64,000 nucleotides of DNA from an uncultured Gammaproteobacteria bacterium (GTDB taxonomy: Bacteria; Patescibacteriota; Microgenomatia; Daviesbacterales; UBA10151): positions 22,030 to 86,029 of the forward strand of contig CAYRCR010000001.1 in NCBI GenBank assembly GCA_964422835.1, read 5' to 3'. Shown piece by piece: positions 56,161-64,000 of the stretch. Each line of letters starts with the position of its first letter. Within the stretch, counting starts at the first letter, position 1. Made by a program: the position numbers and the translations under genes. Below the pieces are notes generated by a model. It searched no databases. It was not told the DNA's origin and worked only from the letters and a program-made list of their open reading frames with translations.

Positions 56161-57612
56161 ATGAAAGTTCATTTTATTATCCCTTCTAACACAGAAAAAG
56201 GCAAGCGAGAAGTTTTAGATAAAATATTTGGATGCCACTATGGTTATTTTCCACAACACAATATTTTTACACTAGGTCTTACCGCAGTAATAAAAAAAAT
56301 GGGTTATGAAGTTGAGATGTCAGATTGTGCAATTGAAAAAATAACTTTAAACGATGCTCTGGAAAGAGGAGGGGATGTTTTTATATTTTATTCAGTTTTC
56401 TTAAGTAGGGAAATTGATCTTTGGGCTGCAGACCAAATCAAAAAAAAGCTTGGTAAAAAATGGATGATCTTTTTAGGTAATGATCCTGTTTTCTTTTCGG
56501 ATAAATATCTGATTTCGCAAAATCATATTTTAATCCGTGGTGAACCTGAAGAAACAATTGTTGATTTATTAAAAGAATTAGAAAAAAATAAACCTGTTTT
56601 TAAAAAAGTAAAGGGAATCAGTTGGGTAAGCAGAGGGAAAGTTATTCACAATACTCCAAGAAAATATATCGAAGATCTTGATAAGTTACCTCTTCCCGAC
56701 CGAATGATTCTTAAAAAACCATTGGAGTACTCAAATGCCCGTTTTTCTAAATTTCCCTCTACAACCATGTATACGTCCAGGGGCTGTGCATACAACTGTC
56801 TATTCTGCTTCCCAAACTCCTTTAGTTTTGCCAGAGAGTTGGAATGGAAAAATGTCCATAAGGTTAAACCTCCAGTAAGAGTTAGATCCTCAAGAAGTGT
56901 CATTAAAGAATTTGAGCAAATACATAAACAGGGTTTCCGCTCTGTTTCAATAGTTGATGATCAGTTTCTTTGGGATAGAAGAAGAACAGAAGAAATCTTT
57001 AAAGGAGTCAAAAAATTAAACATGGAAATTTCGATTCTGGCCCGTTGTGATAGGATAACTGACTATCCTCTAGTTAAAATGATGTTTGACGCAGGAGTAA
57101 GACATATTGCTTTTGGAGTAGAATCTTTTAACCAATCAATACTTAACTACATTAGAAAGGATTTAAAGGTAGAAACTATTGCCAAAGCAATAAAATGGTG
57201 CAAAAAAGCAGGTATAAAACCGGAAATTAATATAATTTTGGGAAGCTGCCCGTTGGAAACAAAAGAAACAATTGCCAATACAATAAACGAAGTTGAAAAA
57301 TTAAATGTTGATATAATTCATCTAAACATTATCGCCCCTTTCCCTGGTACGGATTATGCCAAACTTGCTAAGGAAAAAGGATGGATGACAGTAGATGAAT
57401 ATATACCGATTGACCCTGCTGCCCAAAGTTTAATCTCATATCCACATTTAACTGATAAGGATTTAGTCAAAGCAGTAAAGGGATTTATTTTTAAACATTA
57501 CTTTTCGCCTAAATATATCCTTAGAAATATCTCCAAAGTTAAATCACCAAACGAACTTTGGAACAAGATAAAAGCAGGTGTCTATGAATTTAAACTTCTT
57601 TTAATAAAATGA
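56161..57612 (+). CDS. Cobalamin (B12)-binding domain radical SAM enzyme.
   Basis: N-terminal Rossmann-like B12-binding region ('VFIFYSVFLSREIDLW...MIFLGNDPVF'), followed by the radical-SAM cluster motif 'YTSRGCAYNCLFCF' (CxxxCxxC). 483 aa. Confidence 0.75.
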   Translation: MKVHFIIPSNTEKGKREVLDKIFGCHYGYFPQHNIFTLGLTAVIKKMGYEVEMSDCAIEKITLNDALERGGDVFIFYSVFLSREIDLWAADQIKKKLGKKWMIFLGNDPVFFSDKYLISQNHILIRGEPEETIVDLLKELEKNKPVFKKVKGISWVSRGKVIHNTPRKYIEDLDKLPLPDRMILKKPLEYSNARFSKFPSTTMYTSRGCAYNCLFCFPNSFSFARELEWKNVHKVKPPVRVRSSRSVIKEFEQIHKQGFRSVSIVDDQFLWDRRRTEEIFKGVKKLNMEISILARCDRITDYPLVKMMFDAGVRHIAFGVESFNQSILNYIRKDLKVETIAKAIKWCKKAGIKPEINIILGSCPLETKETIANTINEVEKLNVDIIHLNIIAPFPGTDYAKLAKEKGWMTVDEYIPIDPAAQSLISYPHLTDKDLVKAVKGFIFKHYFSPKYILRNISKVKSPNELWNKIKAGVYEFKLLLIK

Positions 57613-58622
57613 GTATATTCCCTTCAGCTACTATCATAATTCCTACCTTAAACCGCAAATATGTTTTAGAAGAAGCTCTTTTGTCATTAAATAAAGTTGA
57701 TTACCCAAGAGATCTACTTAAAGTAGTAGTAGTTAACGACGGTTCATCGGATGGAACAAAAGAACTTCTTAAGAGAATTAAAAACAGATTAAACTATGAA
57801 TTCAGGTCTTACAATGAAAAGAGAAAAGGGATTTCTCACGCTAAAAATACAGCAATCAAAAAGTCCAAGGGAGAAGTAATTATTTCAACAGATGATGATT
57901 GTTTATTTGAAAAAACATGGCTTAAAAAATTAATTAAGCCATTAGAGAATGATTCTGTAGGCTCTGTTGGAGGACCTGATCGAGCTATTAAAGATGAACA
58001 TGTGCTGGCTAAAAGTGTTGATTTCGCTTTTTCTAGTTTTATTGGTTCAGGAGGAATTCATGGGAGATTTTTAAAAGTAAAACTTGGTAAGTTCTACCCT
58101 CCTGGATGTAATATGGCATTTAAGCGTAAACTTGTTAAGCAAATAGGTTTTTTTGATGAAACCTTGGCACCTGGAGAAGACACGGATTATAATCATAGAA
58201 TAGAAAAAGCTGGATATAAATTAATTTATGTCCCCACAGCCTTTGTCTGGCATAGACCGAGAAACAGCATCAGAAGGTTTATCCCTTATATCTTTAAAAG
58301 AGGAAAGGCAAGGGTGGAAATTATCCGACGCTATCCAGAATATAAAGAATACATATATTATCTTCCAGCAATTATTGTGGTAGTTGGTTTTCTACTTCTT
58401 TTATTATCATTTGTTTCACCAATTTTCCTTATAACCTTTGCAATCCTAATATTATTCTACACTACACTACTTGTTAGCGCTGGGCTTTCTGCCTACAGAA
58501 CCTACCACAATCTGGCATACTTTTTTATAGTTCCACTACTAATCTTCCTTCAGCATACATTTCATGGAGTAGGATTTATAAAAGGGGTCTGGGACTTTTA
58601 CTTCAAGTCCAAACTAGACTGA
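57609..58622 (+). CDS. Glycosyltransferase family 2 with C-terminal TM helices.
   Basis: 'ATIIIPTLNRKYVLEEALLSL...LKVVVVNDGSSDGT...ISTDDDCLFE'. Two C-terminal hydrophobic helices. Its start overlaps the upstream radical SAM stop (ATGA). Confidence 0.8.
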   Translation: MSIFPSATIIIPTLNRKYVLEEALLSLNKVDYPRDLLKVVVVNDGSSDGTKELLKRIKNRLNYEFRSYNEKRKGISHAKNTAIKKSKGEVIISTDDDCLFEKTWLKKLIKPLENDSVGSVGGPDRAIKDEHVLAKSVDFAFSSFIGSGGIHGRFLKVKLGKFYPPGCNMAFKRKLVKQIGFFDETLAPGEDTDYNHRIEKAGYKLIYVPTAFVWHRPRNSIRRFIPYIFKRGKARVEIIRRYPEYKEYIYYLPAIIVVVGFLLLLLSFVSPIFLITFAILILFYTTLLVSAGLSAYRTYHNLAYFFIVPLLIFLQHTFHGVGFIKGVWDFYFKSKLD

Positions 58623-58641
58623 GGCTGATATTCTAAAAACA

Positions 58642-60183
58642 TTATGTCCCTAATAAACCATCTGATAGCCCTAATTGTTTAAGAAAATACGAGAGACTCA
58701 ACTTAAAAAATCTTTTTGGTGAATGGAATAAAATAGAAACAGCGAGTTTAACTTTTGCAAAGGGGATAGTCTGGTTTACTCTTATCGCTTTTTTGAAAAG
58801 TTTTTTTACCTCTGTTCTTGAGAGGAAAGGCGTTTCAATTATTGGTTCACCAGTACTTAAGCCTTTTACAAAATTACCGGTTTCTTTATTTGTCAACCAA
58901 CCATTGTTAACCGCAATTTGATAAGCTTCAGTCCCGCGATGTGGAACCAAAACACCGAAACCACAATCATTTACTCCAAGTTTTTTTAACTCACGGGCAT
59001 ATTTTATTGTTTTCTCCACCTGATTTTTCTTTTCCCCAGGCATACCAATCAAAAAAAAGGCATCTACCGGGAGCCTATACTTCCGGCACCAATTGACAAC
59101 TTGTTTTACTTTTTTTAAATTCAGCTTCTTATGCATCAAGTTATCTACCACCCATTGGCTACCGGATTCAGGAGCAACAATTGTTCTTGTGCACCCTGAT
59201 TGCTTCATCTTCCTAACCAACTCCTCATCAACTGTATCAGCCCGTATTCCATTGGGAGTACTCCATTCAATTTCCCATCCTTTCTCGATTATTTTATCGC
59301 ATATCTTTTTTGCCCTTTCTTTATTTAGGGTAAAATTATCATCTTCAATATCGAAATGTTGAATTTTATATTTTTTGATCAAATAATCCATTTCAGCAAT
59401 AACATTATCCACACTTCTTGGCCTAAAAATCCTTCCCATAACTAAATGGCCTGCACAAAAAGCACAGGTAAATGGACAGCCTCTGCTGGTAAAAATAGTC
59501 GCCCATCTTCTGCCAAATGTAGAAATACTGCGGGAAGACCTTACATTTCTGGCAGCTTCAAAATATTTATCCATGGGAAACAGCTCCCACGCAACACGAT
59601 ATCTATCCAAATCAGTTAAAGGTAATCTTGTTGTATTTACAATTGTTTTTCCTTTTTTTTTAAAAATTAGCCCATGAATTTTACTGTATTTATTACTCTT
59701 TCTCTTAATAGCTTTAGTCAACTCCAACATAGTTAATTCTCCTTCCCCTAAAACTGCAAAATCGATATTGTTATCATCCAATATTGTTTCTGCGTACGCA
59801 GTGGGATAAGCTCCGCCAACAACTACTTTTATATCTGGGTTAACTTCTTTAACAACCATTGCTATTTCATGACCAGCTTTAGATTGTGCAGTAAAAGGCA
59901 TCGTTATACCTACAATGTCTGGAGTAATTCTTTTAATTCTTTTTTTTATTTCAGTTTTATTCAATCCTACATAGCGATTTGATCCCTCGTCCACAAATTC
60001 CTCATGGTCATTTCCTTCTGCCAAAATATCAAAAATTTTGACATTTATATTGTTATCCAATAGATGTCCTGCAATATACCCTAAACCTAAAGGTTGGAAG
60101 GCGTTCAACGGGTAATTTATATTAGCTGGAGTAAATTGACCGGGATTAATTAAAAGAACTTTCATTGGTATATTATATATCAC
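58642..60183 (-). CDS. Cobalamin (B12)-binding domain radical SAM enzyme. Second copy, distinct sequence.
   Basis: 'VLLINPGQF...LGLGYIAGHL...DIVGITMPFTAQ' B12-binding/Rossmann region and 'FTSRGCPFTCAFCAGH' CxxxCxxC motif; 513 aa. Confidence 0.75.
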   Translation of the reverse strand: MIYNIPMKVLLINPGQFTPANINYPLNAFQPLGLGYIAGHLLDNNINVKIFDILAEGNDHEEFVDEGSNRYVGLNKTEIKKRIKRITPDIVGITMPFTAQSKAGHEIAMVVKEVNPDIKVVVGGAYPTAYAETILDDNNIDFAVLGEGELTMLELTKAIKRKSNKYSKIHGLIFKKKGKTIVNTTRLPLTDLDRYRVAWELFPMDKYFEAARNVRSSRSISTFGRRWATIFTSRGCPFTCAFCAGHLVMGRIFRPRSVDNVIAEMDYLIKKYKIQHFDIEDDNFTLNKERAKKICDKIIEKGWEIEWSTPNGIRADTVDEELVRKMKQSGCTRTIVAPESGSQWVVDNLMHKKLNLKKVKQVVNWCRKYRLPVDAFFLIGMPGEKKNQVEKTIKYARELKKLGVNDCGFGVLVPHRGTEAYQIAVNNGWLTNKETGNFVKGLSTGEPIIETPFLSRTEVKKLFKKAIRVNQTIPFAKVKLAVSILFHSPKRFFKLSLSYFLKQLGLSDGLLGT

Positions 60184-60184
60184 T

Positions 60185-62203
60185 TCACTTAAAAATTAAT
60201 GCCTTGGCAGAAGTATAGTTTAGAGGACAAGCATTTGTATTTTCAAACACAAAGCTTGCATACCTTGCCTCTTTTCCGGCAATAAAATACTCTATTTCAT
60301 TCGCACTTATATTTTCTTTTTGTTTGATTTGTCGAAATGGAATTGGATCTTTTTCTCGAGTCCAGCTTGATCCATCTTGTGAGATTTTAACAAAAGCTGC
60401 CTTTGGTGTTAAACATCCCGACAAAGGATTAAAAAATAAATATAGCCTGCTGATCGGAACAATTTTACCAAAATCCAGCATAATTTGGTTATCCGATGTC
60501 TTATCTATCAAAGGATTTGGTAATTCCACTTCGTTTTTTTTCGACATTTCTCTGGTGTGCTCAATGTCATTTTTCCAAACTTTTAGTATTGGGACACCGT
60601 CAACTTTTAGTTCATAAACCGGATATAAAAAGTTCTCCACATACTCCCAAGCATAGTTAAAGTCGCGAGTTGAGTCATTAAAAGTTAAATCCATAAGATA
60701 CTCTCCTTCACGCACTATCCCGCTCAAATTCCCAGATTTGAAGTCAATATCTTTCCTTAAAAAAATCACCGGCGCGTTAGCGGCCGTACCCTGAATTAAG
60801 GATAATCTACTATTATTTTCTACATTCTCGTTTACCCATTTTATCCCCTGAAAGTAAGCATTGCCAAAACTATTTCCCCAAGAAGGGAAATTTTTTTCAT
60901 AAGCACCAGGTAAACCTCCTATTAATGAATTAAAATAAACATTTTCATAAGGATGAAGTTTTATCAAAATCCATAAAGGCCAAATAAAAATGATCATTAA
61001 TACAATTTTAACAACTAATCCCTTATTAATTTGTGTAATTTGCCATGCACCAAGACCCGAAAGCAAGGCCATTGCCGGCAAAAATTCCATTATTTGTCTG
61101 ACACCACCATAAATAACGGTCCCGGGTAGCGTAACCCTTAAAAGGGGCACCACAAGCCACAAAAGCCATAATAATGTCAGTTGTTTTTTCTCCCCTTTTA
61201 AGGCAAAAAGGGACAATAAGCCGAAAAAGAATAAAATAAGTATTAAGGGTGGGGTAGTAAATATAATCCAAAGAACCGGAAACATATTAAAATTATGAAA
61301 ATAAAAATTATCGGGCTGGTAATGGAAATTTGTACCAATTTCCCGGTAATATCCAAAAATACTTTGTAAATTCCAAACATTCTGCCAAAGATAAGGCCAT
61401 GAACCTAAAAATATTAATCCTACAATAACCATCCCCCCCAAAAACCCCAATATCATTTTTTTCGGAAAAATTTTATGTAAGTTTAGGGGTAATAAAAGCT
61501 TCTTCCTGTATCTCAACAAAAGATAGGGAATAATTATCGCCGGTAGGAATAATATATTAAATTTGGTTCCTAAAGCTAAGGAAAAAAATACCGATGAAAT
61601 CAAAAGCCAGCGGATACTCCCTTTTTGCAAAGCCTTCCAGAAAGCCCAGATGCATCCTGTAAAAAAAGCTGCTTCCGGAGGATCCTTAATATTAAAGTGA
61701 GATTCGGACCAAAAAAGAGGATAGGTTACAAGTGCCAAAAATGATACGAAGCTTGCAAAAACACCCATTGTCTCCAAGGCAAAAGAAACCACAACAAAAA
61801 CAAAGAGTGATGAAGCCAGAATATTAAACAGATGGTGCGCCTCAATATCTCCTAAAACCCCTAATTTTTGAAAGAAAATAAAATTTGACAGGGCTGCCAA
61901 TTCATCATTTAAAGGGGGATGCCCGCTATCATTCTTTAACATATATTCGCCGTTATATAGATCACTCTGATAAAAACTTCGCCTTGGAATGGCAATTTTG
62001 TTTGGATCACCATTAGTACCCTGTAGATCCACTTTAGGCAAATCATCATATGTTGTTTCTCCAGTTAAAAAATAGCGCAGGTAGGCCTGTCCTCTATAAA
62101 AATGCAAAGTTTCGTCCCAGGAAATTCCATAATGAGGAAGGGTAAAAAGTGCGGAGAAAAAAAAGACAGTTGCAAGTAATATTGGAATAAATTTCTTCAT
62201 CAA
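60185..62203 (-). CDS. GT39/ArnT-like membrane glycosyltransferase with an extracytoplasmic C-terminal domain. Paralog of the 37467..39467 gene.
   Basis: 'HYGISWDETLHFYRGQAYLRYFLTG...NDSGHPPLNDELAAL...GDIEAHHLF' and 'FNSLIGGLPGAYEKNFPSWGNSFGNAYFQ...VYELKVDGVPILKVWKNDIEHT'; 672 aa. Confidence 0.65.
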   Translation of the reverse strand: MMKKFIPILLATVFFFSALFTLPHYGISWDETLHFYRGQAYLRYFLTGETTYDDLPKVDLQGTNGDPNKIAIPRRSFYQSDLYNGEYMLKNDSGHPPLNDELAALSNFIFFQKLGVLGDIEAHHLFNILASSLFVFVVVSFALETMGVFASFVSFLALVTYPLFWSESHFNIKDPPEAAFFTGCIWAFWKALQKGSIRWLLISSVFFSLALGTKFNILFLPAIIIPYLLLRYRKKLLLPLNLHKIFPKKMILGFLGGMVIVGLIFLGSWPYLWQNVWNLQSIFGYYREIGTNFHYQPDNFYFHNFNMFPVLWIIFTTPPLILILFFFGLLSLFALKGEKKQLTLLWLLWLVVPLLRVTLPGTVIYGGVRQIMEFLPAMALLSGLGAWQITQINKGLVVKIVLMIIFIWPLWILIKLHPYENVYFNSLIGGLPGAYEKNFPSWGNSFGNAYFQGIKWVNENVENNSRLSLIQGTAANAPVIFLRKDIDFKSGNLSGIVREGEYLMDLTFNDSTRDFNYAWEYVENFLYPVYELKVDGVPILKVWKNDIEHTREMSKKNEVELPNPLIDKTSDNQIMLDFGKIVPISRLYLFFNPLSGCLTPKAAFVKISQDGSSWTREKDPIPFRQIKQKENISANEIEYFIAGKEARYASFVFENTNACPLNYTSAKALIFK

Positions 62204-63996
62204 TTCTCTACAAATTTCTTAATTAGCCCCCTATCGCTGATTTCATTAAAATCCAAATTCCGAAGACTTATGGATTGGATTTCTATCTTAACTGGCGCTC
62301 CTGGCACACTTATTTTAAGGTCTTGAACAACCGTTCCACCAGTGTCCAACGGTAATTCATATATATTTTCACGATCAAGATTACCTACGGTAATCTTTTT
62401 TAAATTCTTACCTTTATTAGTATTCCAGTTGATCTCAATATTTAAAAGAGGTGCAATATTTTTCAAGATTAAATTTAACTCCTCTTCATTGGCAATAAAA
62501 TCAAATGGTGAATCCAGAAAAGAAAAGGCATCTGCAAGATCAATATCATTGTAAGCAGACTCTACCACCTCTAATTCAGTTAGTGCAGGCGCATCATTTA
62601 CTAAGGTTTCAGTAATATCCATCCTGACATACCGTCCCTCAATCTCATCAAATGCATCTGTTACTATTTCTCCACTTTTCCTTTCTGGACCATGAACAAC
62701 TTTTTTTACATCCTCCCATTTATTTTTATCTTTAGAAACACTTATTACATATGATGTGGGTGTTAAGGTATTATTCCAGTTAGTCCAGATAAGTTTCCCT
62801 ACTCTTTTAATCCTGCCTAAATCAAGAGTAATTTGCTCTTTCTGGTGTTCATGCCAAAAAATTCTATGACCACGCCAACTGGTATTAATATTATTATCCA
62901 CTGCGTTTTCCGTTTCCTGATACTTCCACTGTGATAGACTGGATACTTTAACATTGCTGTAATATTCCTTTCTAGATAAAAGATAGGCAATAATTTCCTC
63001 TTTTTCTCCTACGGTTTTTGTGCTGAACTTCTTGCCACTTGGAGAATAGGGATATGTGATATTTGATATATCAGGCATAATTTTAGCTTTTAAATTTAGT
63101 AATAATGGAGATACCGAGGAGATTTTAATGTTATCCCTTAAAATAGATATAAGAGATGGCGATTCATGTTTTAATGATAACGCTTGAGATTCTGAACCCC
63201 TTGTAAGCGAGTTCCTAACTTCATTAGTTGTGTCTTCCAAACCATTTTCACCAAAATAAAAACTGTGGATATTATTAATGCCAATTTGTTTAGTTGAAAT
63301 TTTATAAAGCAATTCATTAAAATTTTCAGTCAAGGCAATATCATAACGGTCAACTCCATAGTAGATTGCAAGAGCTGTGGATTCAGGCATAGACCCAACA
63401 GAAAAGAAATCTATAAATTGTTGTTGATAATATCTTTTATCAATTACATCAAAAAAGAAAATGTCACCCTTTTGAACATTGGGCACATAATTTTTCAAAT
63501 TCTTATAAAAGGCCTCAGTTGGGCGGCTTATATTTTTTATAATTTTATTTTGATATATAACTCCCAAAAATAAATTAACTCCGATAAATAAAAATAACGG
63601 TGTAACCGCTAATAAATAGGTAAACTTCCCAAAATTATTACTTTTAACTACTTTTTCAAATATCGCAAATGTTATTCCACCTATAATAATACAATAACCA
63701 ATAAAACTATAAGATAAATACCTATGAGTTGTGGCAAAAATAGCATCTTGGTACTGAATAAAATAGCCTAAGAACTGTGATATAACTACGATAATACCTA
63801 AAATTAAGGCTATTGATAATTCTTTCATTTTTTTCCATAAAACTAAGGCTAAAAATCCAGCCAGCACAGGAATATACATCCCCAATGCTCCAGCGCTAAT
63901 ATCCAAACCTATTCTATACCAAAAAAAATTTTTCGTTATAAAATAACAATTTAAAAAGAAGATGCTAGTAAATACCGAAATACTTGTTATTTTCAA
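62200..63996 (-). CDS. Polytopic membrane protein with a C-terminal F5/8 type C (discoidin)-like domain. The ORF reaches the right edge of the window, so the real N-terminus may lie beyond it.
   Basis: The N-terminal approximately 150 aa are hydrophobic helices. 'NNINTSWRGHRIFWHEHQKEQITLDLGRIKRVGKLIWTNWNNTLTPTSYVISVSKDKNKWEDV' is a good discoidin-domain pattern. The first Met lies 4 nt from the window end. Confidence 0.5.
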   Translation of the reverse strand: MKITSISVFTSIFFLNCYFITKNFFWYRIGLDISAGALGMYIPVLAGFLALVLWKKMKELSIALILGIIVVISQFLGYFIQYQDAIFATTHRYLSYSFIGYCIIIGGITFAIFEKVVKSNNFGKFTYLLAVTPLFLFIGVNLFLGVIYQNKIIKNISRPTEAFYKNLKNYVPNVQKGDIFFFDVIDKRYYQQQFIDFFSVGSMPESTALAIYYGVDRYDIALTENFNELLYKISTKQIGINNIHSFYFGENGLEDTTNEVRNSLTRGSESQALSLKHESPSLISILRDNIKISSVSPLLLNLKAKIMPDISNITYPYSPSGKKFSTKTVGEKEEIIAYLLSRKEYYSNVKVSSLSQWKYQETENAVDNNINTSWRGHRIFWHEHQKEQITLDLGRIKRVGKLIWTNWNNTLTPTSYVISVSKDKNKWEDVKKVVHGPERKSGEIVTDAFDEIEGRYVRMDITETLVNDAPALTELEVVESAYNDIDLADAFSFLDSPFDFIANEEELNLILKNIAPLLNIEINWNTNKGKNLKKITVGNLDRENIYELPLDTGGTVVQDLKISVPGAPVKIEIQSISLRNLDFNEISDRGLIKKFVEN

Positions 63997-64000
63997 CCTT

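Noticed and set aside
4739-64000. The possibility that the repeated GT-C genes are a mobile element, or an assembly artefact from collapsed or duplicated repeats.
   Set aside because: The paralogs are only about 45-55% identical at the protein level and are not identical at the DNA level. I found no transposase, integrase, inverted terminal repeats or tRNA insertion site. I read this as ancient gene-family expansion, not a recent mobile element or mis-assembly.
1-64000. CRISPR arrays, rRNA and tRNA genes.
   Set aside because: I found no direct-repeat/spacer periodicity and no tRNA-like or rRNA-like segments. The window is almost completely occupied by protein-coding ORFs.

Overview
The window is AT-rich and gene-dense (about 55 ORFs, roughly 90% coding, mostly on the minus strand). 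It splits into a short housekeeping block and a very large glycan-biosynthesis locus.

Housekeeping block (1..4.7 kb, all minus strand):
- a 3'-truncated penicillin-binding protein (FtsI-like) running off the left edge
- an FtsL/DivIC-like septum-formation protein
- two hypothetical proteins
- glyQS (alpha2-type glycyl-tRNA synthetase)
- recO
- a P-loop ATPase/kinase

Glycan locus (4.7 kb to the right edge; the last gene is probably truncated by the window) contains:
- a DUF4012 protein
- a small WbaP/CpsE-family priming sugar-phosphate transferase
- 6 GT4 and 5 GT2 soluble glycosyltransferases
- a hexapeptide-repeat O-acyltransferase
- three SAM-dependent methyltransferases (one with an N-terminal zinc ribbon)
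- a Wzx-type flippase
- a Wzy_C (O-antigen ligase/polymerase family) protein
- a polyprenyl-phosphate sugar synthase (GtrB/Ppm1-like GT2) with its typical DUF2304 partner
- two convergent cobalamin-binding radical-SAM enzymes flanking a GT2
- about 20 polytopic membrane proteins of the GT-C type (GT39/PMT_2/ArnT-like, YfhO-like and related), 460-1030 aa. Many of these form recognisable paralog pairs or tandem arrays, and at least four carry C-terminal F5/8 type C (discoidin)-like domains.

The 16S rRNA m4C1402 methyltransferase rsmH sits isolated on the plus strand inside the glycan locus. I saw no rRNA, tRNA, CRISPR, transposase or integrase.

Gene content and composition suggest a Patescibacteria/CPR (Microgenomates-like) genome, but that is inference only. 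All functional calls rest on motifs I recognised by eye in the translated ORFs; no searches were run.
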